Below are positions 37,105 to 46,520 of a DNA stretch of 48,799 nucleotides, piece after piece. The stretch is from positions 1-48,799 of the forward strand of contig DASPWN010000310.1 of NCBI GenBank assembly GCA_035637835.1, given 5' to 3'. The notes under the pieces were generated by a model. That model saw nothing but the letters and a program-made list of their open reading frames with translations, was not told where the DNA came from and did not search any database. Source of the stretch: Actinomycetota bacterium. GTDB lineage: Bacteria; Actinomycetota; UBA4738; HRBIN12. Each line of letters begins with the position of its first letter. The first letter of the stretch is position 1. A program made the position numbers and the translations under genes.

Positions 37105-37120
37105 ACAAACATATGTTCGG
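37105..37120. promoter_or_regulatory. degenerate SOS box overlapping the lexA -35
   Basis: ACAAACATATGTTCGG has a good right half-site and a weak left one. The predicted lexA promoter is TTGTAT(37108-37103)-17-TAGCCT(37085-37080) on the minus strand. Confidence 0.45.
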
Positions 37121-37136
37121 TCTTCCCCTCTTGACC

Positions 37137-37152
37137 TCGAACAGGCGTTCGA
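37137..37152. promoter_or_regulatory. perfect SOS (LexA/Cheo) box
   Basis: TCGAACAGGCGTTCGA equals the consensus TCGAAC-N4-GTTCGA. It lies in the lexA / LysM divergent spacer. Confidence 0.85.
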
Positions 37153-37165
37153 TAGGATGGGCTCC

Positions 37166-37447
37166 ATGAGGCGAACGTACGTTCGGAGGCGACTCCTAAT
37201 CATCTTGCTGCTCCTTCCCGCAAGCGGCCTGGCTTGGGTTGTCCCCTCCGGAGGAGCGGCCGCTGGACCGGCTCACGTTGCACTGCACCGGTACGTCGTG
37301 CGGCCCGGCGACACACTGTGGTCGATCGCCCGCGGGATCCAGGACGGCGACCCCCGAGCGCTGGTGGACGCCATCCAGGCGGCGAACCAGGCCGACCCGG
37401 GCGCCCTTGTGCCCGGCGAGGTCCTGTTGATCCCGGCTTCCGGCTGA
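37166..37447 (+). CDS. small secreted/membrane LysM-domain protein (ChiZ/Rv2719c-like position)
   Basis: 93 aa. A hydrophobic N-terminus followed by a LysM domain (YVVRPGDTLWSIARGI...VLLIP). Divergent from lexA, as in mycobacteria. Confidence 0.8.
   Translation: MRRTYVRRRLLIILLLLPASGLAWVVPSGGAAAGPAHVALHRYVVRPGDTLWSIARGIQDGDPRALVDAIQAANQADPGALVPGEVLLIPASG
37171..37186. promoter_or_regulatory. SOS-like box inside the first codons of the LysM gene
   Basis: GCGAACGTACGTTCGG has 14/16 palindromic positions. It spans codons 2-7 of the LysM ORF. Confidence 0.5.
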
Positions 37448-37471
37448 GCCACGCCTGCAAGACCCGCCGAG

Positions 37472-37487
37472 AGGCCACATGTGGAGG
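37472..37487. promoter_or_regulatory. NrdR-box-like palindrome upstream of nrdR (box 1)
   Basis: aggCcAcATgTgGagg has the core palindrome CCACATGTGG. It deviates from the consensus acaCwAtATaTwGtgt at the w positions. Confidence 0.45.
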
Positions 37488-37502
37488 CTGGCATCCGGGG
37501 AC

Positions 37503-37518
37503 CCACCAGATATTGTGG
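37503..37518. promoter_or_regulatory. NrdR box upstream of nrdR (box 2)
   Basis: ccaCcAgATaTtGtgg matches 13/16 of the consensus. Its centre is 31 bp from box 1. Confidence 0.55.
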
Positions 37519-37526
37519 TAGTTGAG

Positions 37527-38000
37527 GTGCGATGCCCATGGTGTGGCCACGGCGAGGATCGGGTGGTCGATTCCCGGCCGGGCGAACGCGGCGCGACCAT
37601 CCGCCGGCGCCGTCAGTGCCTGTCCTGCGGACGGCGATTCACCACGTTCGAGCGGATCGAGGAGGTTGGCGTGATGGTGGTGAAGCGCGACGGCTCCAAG
37701 GAACCGTATGTGCGGGACAAGGTCCTGGCGGGTGTCCGAAAGGCCATCGTCAACCGCCCGGTCACCGAGGAACAGGTGGCCGCGCTGGCCGACCGGGTGG
37801 AGGAGCGGCTGCGCCGCAAGGGGCCGCAGGTCAGCTCCCACCAGGTCGGCGTGGAGGTGCTGTCCCAGCTCCAGAAGCTGGACCAGGTGGCCTACATGCG
37901 GTTCGCCTCCGTCTACAAGGACTTCCAGGGGATCACGGATTTCGAGCGGGAGTTGGGGGCTCTTCAGAAGCGCGTGCCGGCGAAGCCCCGGAGCCGCTAA
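37527..38000 (+). CDS. nrdR: transcriptional repressor NrdR
   Basis: VRCPWCGHGEDRVVDSRP...CLSCGRRFTTFE is a zinc ribbon, followed by an ATP-cone. Start set at GTG 37527 so that the protein begins with the family's MxCPxC. GTG 37515 is also possible. Confidence 0.93.
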   Translation: MRCPWCGHGEDRVVDSRPGERGATIRRRRQCLSCGRRFTTFERIEEVGVMVVKRDGSKEPYVRDKVLAGVRKAIVNRPVTEEQVAALADRVEERLRRKGPQVSSHQVGVEVLSQLQKLDQVAYMRFASVYKDFQGITDFERELGALQKRVPAKPRSR

Positions 38001-38001
38001 A

Positions 38002-38017
38002 CTACTACATGTAGTGG
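38002..38017. promoter_or_regulatory. NrdR box upstream of nrdJ (box 1)
   Basis: ctaCTAcATgTAGtgg contains the perfect 12-bp palindrome ACTACATGTAGT. Confidence 0.7.
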
Positions 38018-38033
38018 TACGGGCTGTGAGAAA

Positions 38034-38049
38034 GCACTAGATGTTCCGT
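38034..38049. promoter_or_regulatory. NrdR box upstream of nrdJ (box 2)
   Basis: gcaCTAgATgTTccgt. Its centre is 32 bp from box 1, the usual tandem spacing. Confidence 0.6.
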
Positions 38050-38144
38050 GCAGGACCCTTGACCGGGGACCCGGCCGGGTGCAGAATCACGGGGCTGTAA
38101 TTCCGGCGGTGAGACTTCCCCGAGGTAGGGAAGGGGGCGTTCCG

Positions 38145-40892
<2,748 letters not shown>

Positions 40893-40901
40893 GCTGACCC
40901 G

Positions 40902-41333
40902 GTGGAGCTGCCGTTCAAGCGGCTGGAGCCTGGTGCCGAGCTGCCGGCTCAGGCGCACGCGGGCGATGCCGGACTGGACCTCTGTTCGACCGTCGACGTC
41001 GAGGTCCTGCCGGGGGAGCGGGCCAGGGTCCCCACCGGCCTCTCCGTGGCCATACCGGAAGGGCACGCCGGGCTTGTCCTACCGCGGTCGGGGCTCGCGT
41101 CCCGTCACGGCCTGACCATGTCAAACGCGCCGGGGCTGATCGACGCTGGGTACCGGGGGGAGGTCACCTGCGCGGTGGTGAACCTGGACCGGGATCAGGC
41201 GGTGAAGATCAGGAAGGGCGATCGGATCGCTCAGCTCGTGATCGTAGCGCTGCCCACGGTTCGCCCGGCCTGGGTGGACGAACTCCCGCCTTCCACCCGA
41301 GGCGATGGCGGGTTTGGCTCCACGGGCGCCTGA
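40902..41333 (+). CDS. dut: dUTP diphosphatase
   Basis: AGLDL, PRSGLASRHG, GLIDAGYRGE and the C-terminal RGDGGFGSTG motif. Confidence 0.95.
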   Translation: MELPFKRLEPGAELPAQAHAGDAGLDLCSTVDVEVLPGERARVPTGLSVAIPEGHAGLVLPRSGLASRHGLTMSNAPGLIDAGYRGEVTCAVVNLDRDQAVKIRKGDRIAQLVIVALPTVRPAWVDELPPSTRGDGGFGSTGA

Positions 41334-41354
41334 CCGGCGCCGGAGGGGCGGCCG

Positions 41355-41383
41355 TTGAAGGCTAGAGTCCCAGTCCCTAGACT
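41355..41383 (+). promoter_or_regulatory. predicted promoter of tRNA-Gly
   Basis: TTGAAG, 17 nt, TAGACT. It lies about 20 nt upstream of the mature tRNA 5' end. Confidence 0.5.
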
Positions 41384-41404
41384 TTGAGTGCCCCTCGGGG
41401 GCGT

Positions 41405-41480
<76 letters not shown>

Positions 41481-41709
41481 GAGAAGTCGCAGGCCAGACG
41501 GTACGACGGTCGATCTGCCGAGGGGCGGTCGACCTGCCATCCGGCAGGGATCCCACAGCGGCCGTGATGAGGACGTCGATCGCGTCCGCGATCTGCCTGA
41601 AGACTTCGCGCGCGAAGCAGCTGGTCGGCAAGACGATCCGGTTCACTGATCGCTCCGGATTCGACGTCGGATCGGGTTCAGCTTCCCCTCTTCGTCAACG
41701 CGACGGCGT

Positions 41710-42366
41710 TCAAGACAGCGAAGAACAGCACCCACAGAGAGGTGAGCGGACCGACGACATAGTAGGCCCAGGCCGCGACTCCCAGGGCGACCCCGATCGA
41801 GATGAAACGAACGACCGAACGGCGTCGATCGCGTTCACCCGCCGAAGAAGGGTGACCGCGATGTTGCCGCCGTCAAATGGGAGCGGGGGCAGGAGGTTGA
41901 TGATTGCCCACCCCAAGCTGACCCAAGCGACGTCCGCGACGATCGCGCGCAGGGTGAAGGAATCGATTGCGTCGGTGCGAAGAAGGAAGAGTGCGGGCAG
42001 GCCAAGGACAACGATTTGCGTGATCGAGCCGGCCAGGCTCACCACAATGTCCTCCACGTCGGTGAGGTACCTACCGGTCCGGTAGGTGAGGCCCCCCATA
42101 CCGTGCAGCAGGATGCGCACCTGCCCCCCGAAGGCCCTGCCGGTGAAGGCATGGCCGAGCTCGTGAATGAGGATCGAGACGAACACCACGATCACCCACG
42201 CCAGGAGGAGCAGAACAGAGCCGGCTCGCACGCCCGTTAGGACCGCGACCAAGAGGAAGGGGAACTCGATCCGGACGGGGACAGAACCGAGGTTGAATTC
42301 GGCGACGCGGGCACCGGAAACGACCGACATCCCATCCGCGCTGCCAGGGGCCTCGTACCTGGCCAT
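41710..42366 (-). CDS. M50 family site-2 metalloprotease (PDZ-less), apparent frameshift near the 3' end
   Basis: HELGH zinc motif and NLLPPLPFDGG. After about codon 175 the sequence turns non-membrane-like, while the last TM helix is readable in another frame down to a stop at 41678 (see findings). Confidence 0.8.
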   Translation of the reverse strand: MARYEAPGSADGMSVVSGARVAEFNLGSVPVRIEFPFLLVAVLTGVRAGSVLLLLAWVIVVFVSILIHELGHAFTGRAFGGQVRILLHGMGGLTYRTGRYLTDVEDIVVSLAGSITQIVVLGLPALFLLRTDAIDSFTLRAIVADVAWVSLGWAIINLLPPLPFDGGNIAVTLLRRVNAIDAVRSFVSSRSGSPWESRPGPTMSSVRSPLCGCCSSLS

Positions 42367-42520
42367 AAGGCCAGAATCGGTCGTGACGACAGGTCTCTTA
42401 AGGTGCTCGTAACGACAGCCCCGCTTCTGGGCTGTTAATTGCGATGTTTAAGGTGCGGAGTCTTGTTGCCGATTCCATTGCCCGAGATAGGAACTCCGGC
42501 AGATTCAAGGAGGCACGGCC

Positions 42521-43132
42521 GTGGAGGTCATCCACCCGAGCGTCAATGCAGGTCAGCGATCCTGCCCCTCGTGTGGCGAGGCGCTAGCGGGCAAGCCGCG
42601 ATTCTGCCCGAGCTGTGGAACCGAGGTGCGTTCACCGGTTGTGATTCCCGGCCCGCAACCGCGAGTGGAACCCCAGAGCGTCGTTGCTGATTCGCCCGTT
42701 GTCTCGAAGTCCTCCCCTTCACATGGAGGCAAGCTCTGGACCATGATCGTCCCGCTGGTTGCCACAAGCCTCATCATCGTCTTGCTGGCAGGGTCGGTGG
42801 TGTGGTTGAACGGGAAATTGGGCACCACGAAATCTGCGCTGGCTGGCGCGCGGGGGCGTGTCACGAACCTCAATGGCAAGGTGTCGTCGCTCGATTCGCG
42901 GTTGGACACGTTGAAGGTTGAGAAGAGCAAGCTGGAGGCCCAGAACTCCTCCCTGACTTCGGCCATGGTCGACTGCAAGGACGCCGCGAGCAAGACGCGC
43001 GAAATTTTCAGGCTTCTGTCCCAGCTACGCCAAGGAAACGCCTCCCTCGACGATCTCCGTGCCGCGGGGCGGGAGGCGGACCGGGCCTGGTTCGTGTGCC
43101 GCACAGAGGCCAACAGCAACGGAGCTATTTGA
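42521..43132 (+). CDS. bitopic membrane protein: N-terminal zinc ribbon, TM helix, coiled-coil-like ectodomain
   Basis: CPSCG...CPSCG double knuckle, TM helix LWTMIVPLVATSLIIVLLAGSVVW, then a heptad-like Ser/Leu/Lys-rich 110 aa with 2 Cys. GTG 42521 is preceded by AAGGAGG with a 7-nt spacer. Confidence 0.7.
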   Translation: MEVIHPSVNAGQRSCPSCGEALAGKPRFCPSCGTEVRSPVVIPGPQPRVEPQSVVADSPVVSKSSPSHGGKLWTMIVPLVATSLIIVLLAGSVVWLNGKLGTTKSALAGARGRVTNLNGKVSSLDSRLDTLKVEKSKLEAQNSSLTSAMVDCKDAASKTREIFRLLSQLRQGNASLDDLRAAGREADRAWFVCRTEANSNGAI

Positions 43133-43144
43133 CCGGGAGAGATC

Positions 43145-43903
43145 GTGCCACTTCCTCGCACCTGGCTCCTCATTGGGATTGCGCTCCTCGCTCTCGCCGT
43201 GGTGCCCGTCTTCGGTATCTGGGGCTCCAACGCAGCCCGGCAGCTTCGTCGCAGCCAGAGCGAAGCATCACAGGTCCGAGCAGACGTGAAGCGCCTGCAA
43301 CAGACCGTTGATGCCCAGGAGGACCTGATCTTCGACGCCGAGCATGTGATCGCGGAGGTGGCGCCATCGGTCGTCACCCTGTTCACGCCCAGTGGACTCG
43401 GAACGGGGTTCGTAGTCAAGAGCGAGGACGGTGTGTCATGGATAGCGACAAACTTCCACGTGGTGTCGCGTCGCCTGAGTGGACTTGAGCGAGAAATCGT
43501 TGTGGAACAGAACGGCTCGAAATGGGATGCCGAGCTCGAACAATGGAGCGAAGAGAGCGATCTGGCGATCGTGAGGATTCAAGCTACCCTGCCTACGCTT
43601 GAGCTTGCCAATGGTGTGGGGTCGGAGCCCCACGTGGGCGACTGGGTATTGGCGTACGGATCTCCCGAGGGACTCCAAGGAACGGCGACCATCGGCATCA
43701 TCTCCGCTCTTCGTCCCGGCTGGGTCCAGACAGACGCTCAAGTCAACCACGGGAACTCCGGAGGGCCCCTCGTGGACCGGGGCGGGAGGGTCGTTGGCAT
43801 CACGAGCAGGGGCTTCGCGAGCGGCGGCTCGGGGCTTGGGTTCGCGGTCGATGCCACGAAGTTGTGTCCCTTACTCTCGGGCATCATCGGGTGTAACTGG
43901 TAG
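43145..43903 (+). CDS. membrane-anchored S1 (trypsin/HtrA-fold) serine protease without PDZ
   Basis: N-terminal TM helix. Catalytic triad contexts NFHVV, SDLAIV and GNSGGPL. GTG 43145 lies 12 nt after the preceding stop and is preceded by GGGAGAG. Confidence 0.85.
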   Translation: MPLPRTWLLIGIALLALAVVPVFGIWGSNAARQLRRSQSEASQVRADVKRLQQTVDAQEDLIFDAEHVIAEVAPSVVTLFTPSGLGTGFVVKSEDGVSWIATNFHVVSRRLSGLEREIVVEQNGSKWDAELEQWSEESDLAIVRIQATLPTLELANGVGSEPHVGDWVLAYGSPEGLQGTATIGIISALRPGWVQTDAQVNHGNSGGPLVDRGGRVVGITSRGFASGGSGLGFAVDATKLCPLLSGIIGCNW

Positions 43904-43960
43904 CCAGCGTCCGATCAGGGAGGGCGCGGTCCCGGTCATCATCTGGGTAGAGTCCTGCCG

Positions 43961-44638
43961 ATGGGGGACTGGCGGGTGGTGGTGACGCGCAACGGACCGT
44001 ACCGGGTCGAGGGCGGGGTCCCGCTGATCCGTACGGCCGTGGTCGAGACTGCCCGGGGCGAGCCGATCGCCTGGGACGAGGGTCCGAGCTTCGGCGCGGC
44101 CGAGACCTACGAGCTCTGCCGTTGCGGTCACTCCTCGACGAAGCCGTTCTGCGATTCGACGCACGAACGGATCGGCTTCGAAGGGGAAGAGACCGCCGAC
44201 CGTGGCCCGATCGTCGAACGGCGGCAGACGTGGGAGGGGGGTGGACTCGTCCTCTACGACGACCTCTCGCTTTGCGCGAAGCACGGGTTCTGCCGAAACG
44301 TCCGGACCGGCGTGTGGGAGATGCTCGAGGAGGCCGATGACCCCGACGTGCGGAATGAAATGACGGCGATGGTCCACCGATGTCCCTCGGGAAGGCTGGT
44401 CCTCGCCATCGCTCCCGAGGGGCGACCGATCGAGCCCGAACTCGAGCCGTCGATCGGCGTGGAGCCGAACGGCTCGCTCTGGATCCGCGGGGGCATCCCG
44501 GTGGTCTCCGAGGATGGCTCGCCGTACGAGGTTCGCAACCGGCAGACGCTGTGCCGGTGCGGCGGGTCGAGCAACAAGCCGTTCTGCGACGGCACCCACC
44601 GGAGCAATGGCTTCGCCGACCCCGCCGAGCCGGACTAG
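43961..44638 (+). CDS. CDGSH iron-sulfur protein with two CDGSH motifs flanking a 4-Cys ferredoxin-like segment
   Basis: CRCGHSSTKPFCDSTH and CRCGGSSNKPFCDGTH. The central segment is CAKHGFCRN...CPSG. Confidence 0.85.
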   Translation: MGDWRVVVTRNGPYRVEGGVPLIRTAVVETARGEPIAWDEGPSFGAAETYELCRCGHSSTKPFCDSTHERIGFEGEETADRGPIVERRQTWEGGGLVLYDDLSLCAKHGFCRNVRTGVWEMLEEADDPDVRNEMTAMVHRCPSGRLVLAIAPEGRPIEPELEPSIGVEPNGSLWIRGGIPVVSEDGSPYEVRNRQTLCRCGGSSNKPFCDGTHRSNGFADPAEPD

Positions 44639-44696
44639 CGCGAGCCCTGATGCCGCCCACCATCGGTCGCCGCTGCGAGACGAGCTCGACAACGCT

Positions 44697-46520
44697 TCAC
44701 GTCACGGGGCGGACGTTCCCGAGCCAGCTCCGGTACAGACCGGCGTAGACGCCGTCCGTTTCGATGAGCTCGTCGTGGCGCCCGCGCTCGGCGATGCGGC
44801 CCCGATCGAGGACGAAGATCGTGTCGGCACCCTCCGCCGTGGACAACCGGTGCGCGATCGTGATCGACGTGCGGCCGGCCGACAGCCGCCGGAGCGCCTC
44901 CGAGACCATCCGCTCCGTGGCAGGGTCGACCGCGCTCGTGGCCTCGTCCAGGATCAGGAGCCCAGGGTTGCCGACCTGCACGCGCGCGAGCGACACGAGC
45001 TGCCGCTCGCCCACGGACAGGGCCTCGCCGCGTTCACCGACTTGGGTGTCGAGCCCGCGCGGTAGGGACTCGAGCCAGTCGCCGAGCCCGAGCTCCTCGA
45101 AGGCTGCTTCGACCTCGCGGTCGGACGCGCCCTCGCGCCCAGCGCGGACGTTCTCCCGGATCGACAGGTCGAACAGGAACCCGTCCTGCGGCACCATCCG
45201 GATCGCGGCCTGCCGCGACTCGCGTGCGACCTCGCGGAGATCGACTCCGCCAACGACTATCCGTCCTCGGATCGGGTCGGCTAGGCGCGTCAGCAGCTTC
45301 ACGAGCGTCGTTTTCCCCGCACCGGTCTCGCCGACGATCGCGACGTGCCCGCCGGCCGGCACCTCGACCGACACGTCGTGCAGCACCACCGGACCCTGGC
45401 CGTACGCGTAGCCGATCCCCTCCGTCCGTATGTCGAGCGAGCCGGCCGGAAGCACCACCCCCGGGGACGGCTCGACGATCTCGACCGGGAGCTCGAGCAG
45501 GGCGAGGATCTTGCGCCACCCGGAGATCGCCGTCTGGGTCTCCGAGTAGACCTCAGGGAGATCCGTGAATGGATGCAGGAACAGGTCCGCGAGGAACAGG
45601 AACGCCGAGACGCGGCCGAACGTCAGGCCCCACCCAGGCCCCCACGTCGCGCCGCTCAGGATCACGACGCAGTTGGCCAGGCCCCAAAACAGCGTGCCCA
45701 TCGGCCAGAGCGTTGCCGTACGGCGATGCGCCTGCACGTGCGCCCGGTACCGGGCGTGGATCGAGCGTTTCACGCGCGCGTCGGTCCGCTCCTCGAGCCC
45801 GTACGCGCGCACGACCGCAGCCCCCATCACGCTCTCCGAGACCTCGGAAAGCATCTGCCCGACCCTGCCGCGGACTAAGTCGTAGGCGGCGGCCATCTTC
45901 GCCTGAAGCTTCCCCATCGCGAGCAGCATTGGGAACACGAGCAGCACGATCGGGATCGTGAGCTGCCACGAATAGACGAGCATGATCACAAGCGTCACGA
46001 CGATCTGCACGATCGCCCAGACCCACACCATCGCGGCTTCCTCGGTGAACTGTTGCAGCGTGTCGACGTCCGCGGTGACGCGCGCGACGAAGACGCCTCG
46101 CTTCTCACCCGCCTGCGTCGCGATCGACAGCCGGTGGATGTGCTCGAATCCTCGCACCCGCAGCTCCATCAGCGCCTCCTCGGAGGCACAGACGAGCCTG
46201 CGCAGAGCCACTCGCTGCGCGAAGAACGCGAGCACTACGATCCCGAGCGCGAGCGCACACAGCCCGAACACGAACAGGGGCCGGAACCCGCCGCTGAGGC
46301 CGTGGTCGAAGATCTGTTGGACGAGCACCGGGATCACGATGCTGCTCACGGCGACCGCCAGCGAGAACACGATTGTCAGGCCGAGCCCCTTCCGCAGCTC
46401 GGGGCTGAGACGCAGCCCGCGGCCAAGGACGCTCCACGTCCCTCGTAGGTGCTCGGGGATCGGGAGCTCTTCGGGCTCCTCGGCGGGCGCGGCGAGCTCG
46501 TCGGCGACCATGACGCTCAC
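44697..46520 (-). CDS. ABC exporter, fused permease/ATPase subunit (second gene of pair)
   Basis: Six-TM N-terminal domain, then Walker A GETGAGKTT, signature LSVGERQ and Walker B LLILDEATS. GTGA overlap with the upstream partner. Confidence 0.9.
   Translation of the reverse strand: MSVMVADELAAPAEEPEELPIPEHLRGTWSVLGRGLRLSPELRKGLGLTIVFSLAVAVSSIVIPVLVQQIFDHGLSGGFRPLFVFGLCALALGIVVLAFFAQRVALRRLVCASEEALMELRVRGFEHIHRLSIATQAGEKRGVFVARVTADVDTLQQFTEEAAMVWVWAIVQIVVTLVIMLVYSWQLTIPIVLLVFPMLLAMGKLQAKMAAAYDLVRGRVGQMLSEVSESVMGAAVVRAYGLEERTDARVKRSIHARYRAHVQAHRRTATLWPMGTLFWGLANCVVILSGATWGPGWGLTFGRVSAFLFLADLFLHPFTDLPEVYSETQTAISGWRKILALLELPVEIVEPSPGVVLPAGSLDIRTEGIGYAYGQGPVVLHDVSVEVPAGGHVAIVGETGAGKTTLVKLLTRLADPIRGRIVVGGVDLREVARESRQAAIRMVPQDGFLFDLSIRENVRAGREGASDREVEAAFEELGLGDWLESLPRGLDTQVGERGEALSVGERQLVSLARVQVGNPGLLILDEATSAVDPATERMVSEALRRLSAGRTSITIAHRLSTAEGADTIFVLDRGRIAERGRHDELIETDGVYAGLYRSWLGNVRPVT

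Noticed and set aside
37479-37526. The longer nrdR start at ATG 37479 given by the ORF track.
   Set aside because: NrdR proteins begin directly with the MxCPxC zinc ribbon. The extra 16 codons overlap the NrdR-box pair, so GTG 37527 (or 37515) is preferred.
38018-38144. A cobalamin riboswitch upstream of the B12-dependent nrdJ.
   Set aside because: The spacer is only about 145 nt and is largely occupied by the NrdR boxes and the SD sequence. I could not see a B12-box-like sequence. B12 riboswitches normally control B12-independent isozymes rather than nrdJ.
42439-42690. An alternative-frame ORF (83 aa) overlapping the start of the zinc-ribbon gene.
   Set aside because: It has no SD sequence and an Arg/Pro-rich translation. 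The chosen frame has a strong AAGGAGG, CPxCG knuckles and a TM helix.
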